Source: an uncultured Chloroflexia bacterium
GTDB taxonomy: Bacteria; Chloroflexota; Anaerolineae; CG2-30-64-16
Assembly (NCBI GenBank): GCA_963774265.1
Contig: CAVZDU010000001.1
Location: 1,056,001 to 1,120,000, forward strand
DNA length: 64,000 bases
Direction of reading: 5' to 3'
This document shows, in pieces, positions 1 to 10,271 of the stretch. The notes beneath the pieces were generated by a model. It was not told the origin of the DNA. It was given only the letters and a program-made list of their open reading frames with translations, and did no database searches. The position numbers and the translations under genes are program-made. Numbering within the stretch: position 1 is the first letter of the stretch; each line of letters begins with the position of its first letter.

Positions 1-2
1 AG

Positions 3-677
3 GTCTATGAGCAGGGCCGCGATATGGTCGACAGTGCGGCGGAGGGCGGCCGCATCGTGGGGTTAGGCGGCGAGATCACCCTCGTCCGTTACTTCCGCGA
101 TGTTTTGGGCCAGCGGCCTGACCTGCAGGTGACGCGCGCAGACGGGGAGGTCGAGCGGACTGCCGCCGTTGAGGCGGCGCTCTCGCAGGGCGAGCCGGTA
201 TTCTTGACGCGAGACCTGCCGGGCGCCGCGCAGCGGTACAGCCTCGACGCGGCCGGTCCCCTGATTCGGGTCAGCCCCAAGGCGACGCCGGCGCCCGCAC
301 CGGAGGGTGGGCGGTCGATGGGCGCTGGCGTCCTGCTCCTTCATGGGGAGGTGCAGACCGGCCATCCCACGGCTCGTGCGGCGCGCGTCAGGCTGACCTG
401 GACCGCGGCCCAACCGATCGCGGAGGAGCTGAAGGTGTCGGCCAGGCTGGTGAACGGTGCCGGCGAGGTCGTCTTCGCTGAAGACACGGTTCCCGTTCAC
501 TTCACTTATCCCACCACGGCCTGGGTTCCCGGTGAAACGGTCGAGGACGTTGTCGATCTCCACCTGCGCCTCGACGACCCGGCGTGCAGCTACGAGGCGC
601 TCATCATCCTTTACCGGGTCGCGGACGCGGGCGAGGTGGGCCGGGTTACCCTGCCCGTCGGGTGCATCGGGGACTAG
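3..677 (+). CDS. C-terminal part of a membrane-associated protein (5'-truncated), similar to the extracellular domain appended to GT-C glycosyltransferase-like proteins
   Basis: Frame is open to the window edge; ends with a KVSARL...YPTTAWVPGETVED beta-domain motif. Confidence 0.5.
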   Translation, partial: VYEQGRDMVDSAAEGGRIVGLGGEITLVRYFRDVLGQRPDLQVTRADGEVERTAAVEAALSQGEPVFLTRDLPGAAQRYSLDAAGPLIRVSPKATPAPAPEGGRSMGAGVLLLHGEVQTGHPTARAARVRLTWTAAQPIAEELKVSARLVNGAGEVVFAEDTVPVHFTYPTTAWVPGETVEDVVDLHLRLDDPACSYEALIILYRVADAGEVGRVTLPVGCIGD

Positions 678-1489
678 GGATGTGGCAGGTTCAGGGCGCG
701 TTCGAGGTTCTCCAGAGTGAGCAGCTCCGTGCCGGCATTGGGTTCGAGCAAGGGGCGGACGTCTTCCGCAACGCGTTGCCACTCCAGCCCCTGCAGCCGG
801 TCAGCCAGGATAGCGCGCCAGTTCTGACCGGTCAGATGTGCGCCCGGCCAGCCGGTCTGCTTCAAGGCATTGTTGAGCAGGGTCAGATTGGGCGCCGGCC
901 AGTCCGGGTCGCTGAGATACCATAGCAGGTCATACAGATCGCGGCCTTTGGTGTACGGCCGCTGGAGGATGGCATGCAGTTTGCCGGCGAACAACGAAGC
1001 GCGATCGTGGTGCTGGAGCTGCAGAATCACATGGCGCCGGACGACCGTCGTGGCCAGGGCGGCGCCGGGGGGCGGGCTCGTGTCTACCTCGATCTTGACC
1101 GCCAGCACCTCGTCCTGATGAGGCGACAGCCCCAGCTCGTAGAGTAGACCGGCGAAGCGCACAAACGCGCTGTGGACCGTCTTCTGGTCACTGATCTTCA
1201 CGCTTAAGTCATAACCTTCGGCGCCGAACGAGGTTTGGACGGCCCGCAGGTAGCCCCTGAAATCGTACATCTCCCGCCGCTGCTCGAGCGCGAAATCCAG
1301 GTCCTCGGAATAACGGGAGGCGCCGAAGAGAAAGCGCAGCGCGGTCCCCCCGTGAAACGCCAGCGGGATCATCGCGCCATTGCGCTGAAGCGTTTCCAGG
1401 ATGCGCGCCTGAAGATATTCGCGCGCCGTGTTGCGCGCCTGGAGGGGGGAGGGGCTGCCTCGAACCAATTCAGCCAGGTGGTCCTTCAT
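674..1489 (-). CDS. abiEii: AbiEii/AbiGii-family nucleotidyltransferase toxin (type IV TA)
   Basis: FHGGTALR...RYSEDLDF, KIEVD, KLHA, KGRDLYDL motifs; ATGA overlap with the antitoxin gene. Confidence 0.88.
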   Translation of the reverse strand: MKDHLAELVRGSPSPLQARNTAREYLQARILETLQRNGAMIPLAFHGGTALRFLFGASRYSEDLDFALEQRREMYDFRGYLRAVQTSFGAEGYDLSVKISDQKTVHSAFVRFAGLLYELGLSPHQDEVLAVKIEVDTSPPPGAALATTVVRRHVILQLQHHDRASLFAGKLHAILQRPYTKGRDLYDLLWYLSDPDWPAPNLTLLNNALKQTGWPGAHLTGQNWRAILADRLQGLEWQRVAEDVRPLLEPNAGTELLTLENLERALNLPHP

Positions 1490-2127
1490 AGGGTCTCGTA
1501 CTCCTCACTCTCAGCCTGCCGCAGCGCCAGGACGGCACGCGCGGCGCGCTGCAGCTTGGGCCGCCCGCTGCGTTCTGCATCGCGCAGCAAGGCCTTGGGA
1601 TCGAGCCGCTCCAGGTTCTGCAAGCGCAGCTCATGCAGATAGGCCGGCGCGTCACCTTCAGGCGCCAGGTAAACCAGGTCGAGCAGCGCCTTCTCCGGCG
1701 TAGCGACAAAAGCCTGCTGGTTCTTACCCAGGTCGACCCCGCGGTAACCGAAGAAGAGATCGGTCTGCAGGTGGCGGAAGGCGAACGCGCCCAGGGGGGT
1801 CTCCCGATGTCCGGGCCGGCCCGTGGTGACAGCCGTGACCATCGGCACCACGTCAGGGATCAGCCCATAGAAAGCCAGTGCGGCCTGCAAGCTGACATAG
1901 GATGGGCGAACCATCCGGTTGGCGACGAGAAACGGGTGGGGCTTGCTCTTTCGGTAGGGTGGTGCCAGGGCATACAGGCCGCGGCGGAGCTGATAGACGC
2001 GGCCGATCGCGACCCAGCGCGATAACTGCCGCCGGACGCCGGCCGGGTCGACATTGCCAGCCAGAAGCAGCCCCGTCTCGAAGACGGGCTCGTCGCCGGC
2101 TATCGCCAGCAAATGCGCGAATTCCAT
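1486..2127 (-). CDS. abiEi: AbiEi-family antitoxin / transcriptional regulator
   Basis: wHTH with LRRGLY, PSYVSL..AL..YGLIP, ATPEKALLD motifs; start set at ATG 2127 from the promoter position. Confidence 0.85.
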   Translation of the reverse strand: MEFAHLLAIAGDEPVFETGLLLAGNVDPAGVRRQLSRWVAIGRVYQLRRGLYALAPPYRKSKPHPFLVANRMVRPSYVSLQAALAFYGLIPDVVPMVTAVTTGRPGHRETPLGAFAFRHLQTDLFFGYRGVDLGKNQQAFVATPEKALLDLVYLAPEGDAPAYLHELRLQNLERLDPKALLRDAERSGRPKLQRAARAVLALRQAESEEYETL

Positions 2128-2133
2128 GCGAAC

Positions 2134-2162
2134 AATATACCACAAACGGCAACTTATTGCAA
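2134..2162 (-). promoter_or_regulatory. sigma70-like promoter for abiEi, probably giving a leaderless mRNA
   Basis: TTGCAA-N17-TATATT with extended TG; -10 ends 6 nt before the ATG; no SD. Confidence 0.6.
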
Positions 2163-2933
2163 TGGATTCAGCAGAGCCAGGATTTCGTCCCGCAGCGCGC
2201 CATTCGTGGCCAGGCCTTCACTCCCGTAATTCGTGGCGCTGCCGTGCCAGTCGCCGAAATAGCCCCCGGCCTCCTGGAGGATCGGGACGAACGGGCCGCA
2301 GTCCCACGGGTTCATGACCGGGTCGAGCATGGCCTCCAGGCGACCCGTGGCGACGAGAAGGTAGCCGTACGCGTCAGTCCAGCCCGCGCGCACGTAGACC
2401 CGCCGGCTGAGCCGCTCCCAGGCGGCCTGCTTGCCGTAGGCCTCGAACGCACCGGTGTCCGTACACGAGATGTAGGCGCGCGAGAGATCGGCGACATCGG
2501 ACACGCGGGCCGGCCTCCCGTTCCAGGTGCACCCTTCGCCCCTCGCCGCCACGAGCAGCTCGTCCGTGCCCGGATAGTAGGCCGCGCCCACGGACGGCAC
2601 GCCGTCGATCTCCACACCCAGCAGCACCGCGTAAAGCGGCACACCCCGGATGAACGACTTTGTGCCGTCGATCGGATCGATGAGCCAGCGGACACTGGCG
2701 CCCGCGCTCTCAGTGACGCCGAACTCCTCGCCCAAGATCGCATGATCCGGGAAACGTTTCTCAATCTGCCCCCGGATGAACTCCTCCGCCAGCCTGTCGG
2801 CCACGGTGACGGGCGAATCATCGGCCTTGAAATCGGAGCGCACCCCTGTGCCGAAATAGCCGAGGGTCATGCGGCCGGCCAGCGTGGCCGTCTCCGCGGC
2901 GAAGTCCATGAGGGTGCGCAGGTAGGTTGGCAT
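2154..2933 (-). CDS. hisN: Histidinol-phosphatase HisN, inositol monophosphatase family
   Basis: KADDSPVTVAD, ILGEE, WLIDPIDGTKSFIRGVP, WD motifs; HisB in this window is monofunctional, so a separate phosphatase is expected. Confidence 0.75.
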   Translation of the reverse strand: MPTYLRTLMDFAAETATLAGRMTLGYFGTGVRSDFKADDSPVTVADRLAEEFIRGQIEKRFPDHAILGEEFGVTESAGASVRWLIDPIDGTKSFIRGVPLYAVLLGVEIDGVPSVGAAYYPGTDELLVAARGEGCTWNGRPARVSDVADLSRAYISCTDTGAFEAYGKQAAWERLSRRVYVRAGWTDAYGYLLVATGRLEAMLDPVMNPWDCGPFVPILQEAGGYFGDWHGSATNYGSEGLATNGALRDEILALLNPLQ

Positions 2934-3147
2934 CAGCTTCCTCGCGTTCGTTTGGGATGGCTCGATTATGCGCGACTTCACAATCTAAGACAAATGCACT
3001 ACCGGTGGCGTTGGGATGCAAGGGGATAAGTGCCGCAGTGGAGACGCGTCCCGCTCCACGCCGTGTTGTCGCACACGACCGGTTGCCATACCTTCCGGGC
3101 TACGGCATCACCACTGGTTGTCACGCCAATTGTGACTTGCTCCGTAT

Positions 3148-3176
3148 TTGAACTTTATTTGTGTTCATGATATACT
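3148..3176 (+). promoter_or_regulatory. sigma70-like promoter with an overlapping TGAAC-N9-GTTCA inverted repeat
   Basis: TTGAAC-N17-TATACT with extended TG, ending 9 nt before ATG 3186. Confidence 0.55.
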
Positions 3177-3185
3177 CGTCCGACT

Positions 3186-4470
3186 ATGAGCAATCCACGC
3201 CTGCACAACGGCGATCGCGTGATTATTGTCGGCGGCGGGCCGGCCGGCAGCTTCTCTGCGCTTCACCTGCTTGAGTTGGCTCGACAAGAAGACGTGGAAT
3301 GCCGGGTCGACATTTACGAACCGCGCGATTTCTTCACACCCGGCGCGGTCCGGAACTGTAAGGGGTGCGCGGGCATTCTCTCCGCAGGAGCACTGCAGCA
3401 ACTGGCTTCGCTGGGTCTCGCCATTCCGCAGGAGGTGGTCCAGTCCGAGCTCCGGGTTTATGAGATCCACATGGCGGGGCAGGTGACGACCATCGAACAG
3501 CCTGTGGCGGGACGCAAGATTTTGAGCGTGTATCGCGGCACCGGTCCTCGCCACCATACTGGTCCACCCCCCACCAGCTTCGACGGTTTCCTCCTTGCCC
3601 AGGCCATGGCCGCGGGCGCACGTCACATCCGTGCGCGGGTGCGCAAAGTAAGCTGGGAAGACCGCCCCATCGTACACACCGACGACGGTTTCCAACCGGC
3701 CGAGCTACTCGTTCTCGCCTCGGGCGTCAATAGCCGGTCACCCCTGGACGCCAGCTTTGGTTATCAACCGCCCAGCAGCGCCGTCATGGTACAGGATGAA
3801 ATCCCGCGGCCGGAGGGCTGGCCGGAAGACAAAGTCGTGGGCTTCTTCGGCCAACCACCGGAACTGTTGTTCGGCGCGTTGGTGCCTAAAGGCGAATACC
3901 TCAATGTGTCGTTACTCTGGCGTGGGCCCGTGGCGGATGCGCTCCAGCAGTTCTACAAGGCGCAAGCTCATGTCTTGCCGCGACTTCTTCCCCGCAACGC
4001 CGCAGAGCCTCTGTGGCTGCAACCCGCGGATCCTCACCGGCCCTGCGACCGTCTATTACGGCGACCGCTGGGTCGGCGTAGGGGATGCTGCCGTATCTCA
4101 TTTATACAAGGACGGCATCAACTCGGCTTTTCTCACGGCGCGGGCCGCCATGACCACTGCTCTTAAGGCCGGCATCAGCGGCGAAGACTTCCGGCGGGCT
4201 TACAAACCGGTGTGCGACCAGCTTGCAGCCGACAACCGCTACGGCGCCCTACTGTACTCGGCAACCAGCCGGCTCCTGGGTCTCCCACGGTTCGCGGCCG
4301 CGTTCACGGGCTCGGTGGACGCAGAAACCAGGTTCGGTTTCGAACGCCGGATCCATGCCCGGCTGCTATGGGGGATGCTCACCGGAGACGAGTCGTACGC
4401 CGACCTTTTTCGCCTGGTCCTGACGCCACGAGGAGTTTTGACTTTTGCCCGCCAGTTGCTGCGCGCCTAA
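3186..4470 (+). CDS. FAD-dependent oxidoreductase, geranylgeranyl-reductase-like (one frameshift near 3980)
   Basis: IVGGGPAG Rossmann motif and CKGCAG in the first frame; VGDAA...YKDGINSA in the frame of ORF 3757..4470. Confidence 0.75.
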
Positions 4471-4525
4471 AATAGGGACGAGGTGTTGGACCCTTGACCT
4501 GCTGGTAAAGGAGCGCTGTCCATAG

Positions 4526-5812
4526 ATGCACCACTCTGAAGCTGGAGAGACGCGCCTGGGAATGTCTCACCCTTCCGGGCTGCCGGATGACAGCCGGGTC
4601 GTGATCGTCGGAGGCGGTCCAGGCGGTGTCGCCTGCGGGCTGCTGCTTCAACGGCTGGCCGAGGAAGCCGGACGGCGCATACAACTCACGATCCTGGAAG
4701 GTAAACAGTTCTCCGGGGGTCGCCATCATAACCTGTGCGCGGGTGTTCTGACCGCGCCCCTGCCCGCGCTGCTCGCCGAGCGCTTGGCGGTGAGCTTTCC
4801 CGCGCATCTGGACCACCGGGAGATCGTGGGGTACATCCTGCACAGCCCCCATGAGCAGCTGGTCCTGGATGAGCTAGAACCTTCCGTGGCGTTGCGTCGC
4901 GTCCAGTTCGACGACTACATGCTGGAAGTCGCCCGGAGCCGCGGGCTGGACGTCGTCCGGGCCCGCGTCGTCGATTTGGATTTCCATGCCGATCGGGTAG
5001 TCGTGTACTCGGAGAGCAGTCCGTTCGAGGCGGAGGTGGTCGTGGGCGCCTTCGGCATGGACGAGGGCACGGCAAGGGTCTTTGCGCGGGCAACCGGTTA
5101 CCGGCCGCCGGACGCCCTGAGCAGCGTTGTCACCCGATTCCACCCGGGACCGGAAGGCATGGCAGCCTTCGGAACCCGCATCCATGCCTTCCTGGGCAAC
5201 TATCCGGGCATCGAGTTCGGCGCGGTCACGCCCAAAGACGACCACGTGACCATCAACATTGCCGGCAGCGCCGTCACCGACGAGCAGATGGTCGCGTTCC
5301 TGAGCCGGCCAGAGGTCAAGGCCATCCTCCCCAACTTCGGCCAGGCCGGCCAACTGGAGCCGACCGACCTGAATGTCTTCAAGGGACGCTTCCCGTGCTC
5401 GCTCGCCAGGCGCTACTACGGCGATCGCTTCGTGCTCGTGGGCGATGCGGCGGGGCTCGTGCGGGCGTTCAAGGGCAAGGGTGTTACATCCGCCGTGATG
5501 ACCGGGATGCGCGCCGCCGAGACGATCTTCCACGCCGGCGTCTCCGAAAGCGCCTTTGTCGAGCATTATGCGCGTGCCAACCGGGACATCACCGGCGACC
5601 TGATCTATGGCCAGAGCATGCGCCTGCTGGTGCGCCTCTCGACCCGCCTCGGCTTGGTGGACCCCGTGCTGCGTGCCGCGCGGCGCAGTCCGGCTCTCCA
5701 AGATGCACTGTTTGGGGCCGTCTCCGGCCATCTGCCCTACGGCGAGGTCCTGAGCGGCATGTTGCGCCCCGATTCCAGTATGGCGATCCTCAGGTCCTTG
5801 ATGGCCAGGTAG
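4526..5812 (+). CDS. FAD-dependent oxidoreductase, geranylgeranyl-reductase-like (paralogue of the upstream gene)
   Basis: IVGGGPGG, RVQFD, LVGDAAGLVRAFKGKGVTSA motifs; start may be ATG 4562. Confidence 0.8.
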   Translation: MHHSEAGETRLGMSHPSGLPDDSRVVIVGGGPGGVACGLLLQRLAEEAGRRIQLTILEGKQFSGGRHHNLCAGVLTAPLPALLAERLAVSFPAHLDHREIVGYILHSPHEQLVLDELEPSVALRRVQFDDYMLEVARSRGLDVVRARVVDLDFHADRVVVYSESSPFEAEVVVGAFGMDEGTARVFARATGYRPPDALSSVVTRFHPGPEGMAAFGTRIHAFLGNYPGIEFGAVTPKDDHVTINIAGSAVTDEQMVAFLSRPEVKAILPNFGQAGQLEPTDLNVFKGRFPCSLARRYYGDRFVLVGDAAGLVRAFKGKGVTSAVMTGMRAAETIFHAGVSESAFVEHYARANRDITGDLIYGQSMRLLVRLSTRLGLVDPVLRAARRSPALQDALFGAVSGHLPYGEVLSGMLRPDSSMAILRSLMAR

Positions 5813-5922
5813 ACTCTCGTGAATGCTTTGGTCGCATTGCGCTCATCAAGCGCATCCCCGCGACACGAGCATTGGCGGCCCGGCGGCTCATCTCGATGCT
5901 GTTCGGCGGCGAAAGGTGATCG

Positions 5923-7380
5923 ATGAAAATCGATATCGTGGTCGTCTACATCCCCCGATATCGCCGGGGACATGAAATCCACTTCGTGCCGCCGATCACC
6001 GGCATACACTTGGCTGCGCTGACCCCGGTTGGGCATCCTGTTCGAGTCATCCACCAGCAGGTCGAGGAGGTTGATCTCGACAGCGACGCGGACGTAATCG
6101 CATTATCCTTCTTCAGCGGCTTCGCCCCTGAGGCATACCGGCTGGCCACCGAATACCGGAAGCGCGGCAAGATCGTGATTGCGGGGTGGCCGCACGTTAC
6201 GTTCGCGCCTGAGGAGGCACTGCGGTTCGTCCATAGTGTGGTTATTGGAGAGGCGGAGTTGGTCTGGAGCGAGTTGCTTCAGGACATTGAGCAAGGGATG
6301 CTTCGGGAGCGATACATCGGCGAATCACGGCCCCTCGTGAACCTCCCAACGCCCCGGTATGACCTTCTGCCCCCGCAGTTCTTCGTCAAGCGGGTTGTGC
6401 AGGCGACCCGGGGCTGCCCGTTCAGTTGCTCGTTCTGCACGGTCCCCGTTCTCAATCCAGGCTTCCGGACCCGCCCCGTCGAGGACGTGCTCCGCGACAT
6501 CCGGTACGATCGGTTTCGGTGGTGGTGGCAACGGAAGGTCGTGTGGTTCTGGGACGACAACCTTACCGTGAAGCGCGACTACGTCATGGACCTCCTCCGG
6601 CGCATGATCCCTCTGCGGAAGTGGTGGCTGACCCAAGCGAGCATGGACATCGCTCAGGACGACGAACTACTGGATCTGATGCGCGCATCCGGCTGCATCG
6701 GCGTGTTCTTCGGGATCGAGTCCTTCAGCAAGGAATCCCTTGAGGACGCAGGGAAGCGGCAGAACAAGGTCGCAGAATACCGACGCCGAATCAAGAAGCT
6801 CCATGACCGGGGGATCTGCGTCATGGCGGGCTTCATTTCCGGTTTTGACGGGGACACGCCGGAGAGCATCCGAGCCATGGCCACAGAACTCGACGAGATT
6901 GGCGTCGACGTGCCCTTTCTGAGCATCCTTACCCCATACCGCGGCACGGCGTCGTACGCGAAGATGCGGGCCTGGGGTCGGCTGCGGGAGGAGGTGGGGT
7001 GGGAATTCTACAACGGGTACAACGTCGCCTTCGCGCCTCAGAAGATGTCTCCCGCCGCGCTCCTGCGTGCGCACCGGGCACTCTGGCGGTCGGCCTTCTC
7101 GCTGCGGTCCTGCCTGCAAAGGGTCCTTCGGGCCCTGTTCACCCTGCGGTGCGGAGCGCTACTGATGTGTACCATGATGAACGTGTTCTACGGCTGGAAG
7201 GCGCTCGCTAAGAATGAGCCTGTCAGCTTCGAGGGGACAGACCACTACAGATCGATCCGAGAAGTGGTTGATCCGATTATGCACGGCAGTGTGGATGACG
7301 AACAAGCGCTCGGAGCTGACGCCGCGAGCTCGGCGGATCAGCTGATTGTCGTCGTCGATCCATCGGCGGGCGGGCTCTGA
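5923..7380 (+). CDS. B12-binding-domain radical SAM protein
   Basis: N-terminal cobalamin-binding-like domain (VIGEAE), [11 protein letters not shown] (CxxxCxxC), WDDN, FGIES. Confidence 0.88.
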   Translation: MKIDIVVVYIPRYRRGHEIHFVPPITGIHLAALTPVGHPVRVIHQQVEEVDLDSDADVIALSFFSGFAPEAYRLATEYRKRGKIVIAGWPHVTFAPEEALRFVHSVVIGEAELVWSELLQDIEQGMLRERYIGESRPLVNLPTPRYDLLPPQFFVKRVVQATRGCPFSCSFCTVPVLNPGFRTRPVEDVLRDIRYDRFRWWWQRKVVWFWDDNLTVKRDYVMDLLRRMIPLRKWWLTQASMDIAQDDELLDLMRASGCIGVFFGIESFSKESLEDAGKRQNKVAEYRRRIKKLHDRGICVMAGFISGFDGDTPESIRAMATELDEIGVDVPFLSILTPYRGTASYAKMRAWGRLREEVGWEFYNGYNVAFAPQKMSPAALLRAHRALWRSAFSLRSCLQRVLRALFTLRCGALLMCTMMNVFYGWKALAKNEPVSFEGTDHYRSIREVVDPIMHGSVDDEQALGADAASSADQLIVVVDPSAGGL

Positions 7381-8595
7381 TCGATGGGCTTGAAGGCGCG
7401 AAAACTGCGGTACAGAAGCAGGTCATAGACGATCTTGAGCCGCGCCAGACAGGAGGAACGGCAGACCCAATAGCGTTGAACTCGCCAGCATGGGCCCTGC
7501 AATTACCGGCGAGAGCGCCGCGCCCGTGGTGCGGGCGATCCCCGTCACGCCGGCCGCCGCCGACCGCTCGTCGGGACTGACCACAGCCATCGTGTACGAC
7601 TGCCGGGTGGGGACGTCCATCTGCGACATGCTGAAGCGCAGCAGTAAAATGACGATCGCCAGCGACAGTGTGGGCATCAGCGGTACGAGTATCAAGAGGA
7701 CGTTGGATGGGATGTGGGTGAAGACCATCGTGTTGATCAGCCCGACTTTCGCTGCGATGCGTGCGGCCAGCAGGGCCGAGACGCCGGCTAACACATTGGC
7801 GCCGAAGAAGATCCCGCCCAGCACGCCCGGCTGAACGCCGAAACGGGTGTGGAACCAGAAGGCGACGATGCTCTGGACAACGAACCCGCCGGCGAATGCG
7901 TCGAGCGAGAAGAGCGCCGACAACTTGAAGACGATCCGCCGCGAGCGATGCAAGCCGAGCCGGCTGCTCACGGTGGTGCGATCTGGCCTGACCGCGGCTT
8001 CGATGCCCGACGTCAGCCGGCTGAATAGCCCGGCCAGCACTGCCCCCATCACCGCGTAACCCATCACCACAGCCCGGTAGCTGTCGAGCGGGGCCACCCC
8101 CGTGTCCTGCAGAGCCTGGGCCAGCCCGCCGCCGGCGAGCGCGCCCACGGCTGTCGCGAATGAACCTACCAGGTTATACCAGGCAAACACGTGGGTGCGA
8201 CGCTGATCGGTGACAATCTGGGCCAAAGATGCCTGCTCGATTGCCAGGAACGGCCCAACCTCGTTTCCGCTGGGGCTGATCACGCCCATGGTGGCGGCCA
8301 GGACCAGGAAGACATAGTTGCGCGTCAGTGCAAACACGATGCCCGCAAACAGCATCAACCCCGCACCCACCAACAACATGCGCTTCCGACCGATGCGGTC
8401 GGCCTGCGTCGTAATCCACAACGAGATAAGTGTGTCACCGAGCAGCGTTAGCGTGAGCAGCAGGCCGATCTGCGCCGTGTTGAGCCCGGCCTGGGTCAGA
8501 TAAAGCACCAGCACCACGGACAGAAAGCCGTAAGCGAACAGCCGCGCCGTGCGGGAGCCGAATAGCAGATAGCCATCTCGAGTCAATTTCTGCAT
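7338..8595 (-). CDS. MFS transporter (frameshift near the C-terminus at ~7440)
   Basis: Multi-TM hydrophobic protein with motif A (ADRIGRKR) and [11 protein letters not shown]; C-terminal [10 protein letters not shown] continues in a shifted frame. Confidence 0.85.
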
Positions 8596-8696
8596 ACGAT
8601 CACCAGTCCCAGTTATGTGTTTGGCATTCTGTGCCACAGATACTACAATCTTCTTGTTTCAGCAACTCACAATTTTGGAACCAGAGGAGAGGGCTT

Positions 8697-9134
8697 ATGA
8701 AGTGGGTTACCCGTTCCCATGTCCATGTGGACCGCGTGGCGTGTCCGTGGCTGATCAGCCGGTTCATTGACTCGGACGCGGAGTTCATTTTCGTGCCAAA
8801 GAGTCAAGTAGAGCAGGTAGTCAAAGCAACAGGCGCCATTGCTTACGACGCCCCTAGTGTGGAACTTGGGCATAAAGACGGTAAATGTTCTTTCGAGTCC
8901 ATCATCGACAAGTATGGACTAACTGACCCTGCCTTACTACGGCTTGCCAAAATCGTACACGCGGCGGACACTAAGACTGATCTTCACGCGGACGAGATCG
9001 CCCCTGGTCTGGAAGCCATTGCAGTAGGGTACGGTCTTCGCTTTCCTGATGATACGGAGAATCTGAGCCGACAGTTTGATGTATACGACGCGCTATATGC
9101 CTGGTGTCGGTTGCAAGTGGCACAGCAGGGGTAA
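8697..9134 (+). CDS. Chromate resistance protein, ChrB C-terminal-domain type
   Basis: MKWVTR..HVDRVACPWLI.RFID..AEF and YDALYAW; AGGAG SD. Confidence 0.85.
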   Translation: MKWVTRSHVHVDRVACPWLISRFIDSDAEFIFVPKSQVEQVVKATGAIAYDAPSVELGHKDGKCSFESIIDKYGLTDPALLRLAKIVHAADTKTDLHADEIAPGLEAIAVGYGLRFPDDTENLSRQFDVYDALYAWCRLQVAQQG

Positions 9135-9410
9135 ATCAATGCGCGCCCAACACGCATCAACCCGAACAGCGCGGTGGTGATAACGAGCCCCCAGCCCCAG
9201 TTCGCGCCCAGCAGACGGAAAGGTCGGCCGAAGACTCCGTTCAGCCGCGACTGCATGTAGCCGCGATACAGGATTTCCTCGCCCGGACCCAGGAACAACA
9301 GGTAAAAGACGAAGCCCTCCACCCGTTGGCCGACCGTCAGCGGGGCAAGCATGGCCGCCAGCGGCGGGAGGATCAGGGCGGGCAGAGCCGAGCCGCCCGC
9401 TCTAGGCATC
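9135..9410 (-). pseudogene. Fragment of a CPBP (Abi/CAAX protease) intramembrane metalloprotease
   Basis: GPGEEILYRGYMQSRL motif; conserved downstream H motifs and the N-terminal TMs are missing. Confidence 0.5.
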
Positions 9411-9434
9411 CCCTCCGCCTGGGGCCGGTCCCGA

Positions 9435-10271
9435 TCACGTGTTCTCAATCCGGCCCAGCAGCCGCGCCAGCGCCGCGCGCTCGTCGGGCGTCACGTAGTC
9501 GGGCATCGCCCCATCATGATCCATGATTGCCTGGCCGAGCTTGCTCTGCGAGAGCATGCGGAGATCTTCCTCCAGGGGGTCGAGCAGGCGGTGGTCACTG
9601 ACGATCCGGCCGTCCTTCATGCGCACGATCCGCTGCGTGCTCTGGGCGACCCGGCGATCGTGCGTCACGACCACGATGGTCGTCCCCTCCTTGTGATTCA
9701 AATCGGCCAGCAGCGCCAGGATTTCCTCGCCGCTCTGGCTGTCGAGGCTGCCCGTGGGTTCGTCGGCAAGCAACAACGCCGGGTTGTTTGCCAGCGCGCG
9801 GGCGACCGCCACCCGCTGCCGCTGGCCGCCCGAGAGCTGGGGAGGCAGGCTGCCGGGCCGGTCCGCCAGGCCGACCAGCTCGAGCAGCACCTGGCCGCGC
9901 TTGCGCCGCTCGCTCGACGACGTCCGGCCTTGCATCGGCGTTTCCACGTTTTCCAGCGCCGTCAACGTGGGCAGCAGGTTGTGGAGCTGAAACACGAACC
10001 CCACGGTCCTGGCGCGGAAGTCGTCCACGTCCTTCAGGTGCGCCAGATTCTCGCCGTTCACCCACACTTCGCCGGAGGATGGTTGGTCCAACGCGCCCAG
10101 CATGTTCAGCAGCGTGCTCTTGCCACAACCGCTGGGGCCCATGATCGCGAGGAGTTCGCCGCGGTTGACGGTCAGGTTGACCCCGTCCAACGCGCGTACG
10201 GAGGCGTCGCCCAGGCCGTAGGTCTTCGTCAGATTCTTCGTGACGATCAACACATCGTCCATCTCAGTCAC
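9435..10271 (-). CDS. ABC exporter ATP-binding protein (LolD/MacB type)
   Basis: [32 protein letters not shown]. Confidence 0.92.
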   Translation of the reverse strand: MTEMDDVLIVTKNLTKTYGLGDASVRALDGVNLTVNRGELLAIMGPSGCGKSTLLNMLGALDQPSSGEVWVNGENLAHLKDVDDFRARTVGFVFQLHNLLPTLTALENVETPMQGRTSSSERRKRGQVLLELVGLADRPGSLPPQLSGGQRQRVAVARALANNPALLLADEPTGSLDSQSGEEILALLADLNHKEGTTIVVVTHDRRVAQSTQRIVRMKDGRIVSDHRLLDPLEEDLRMLSQSKLGQAIMDHDGAMPDYVTPDERAALARLLGRIENT

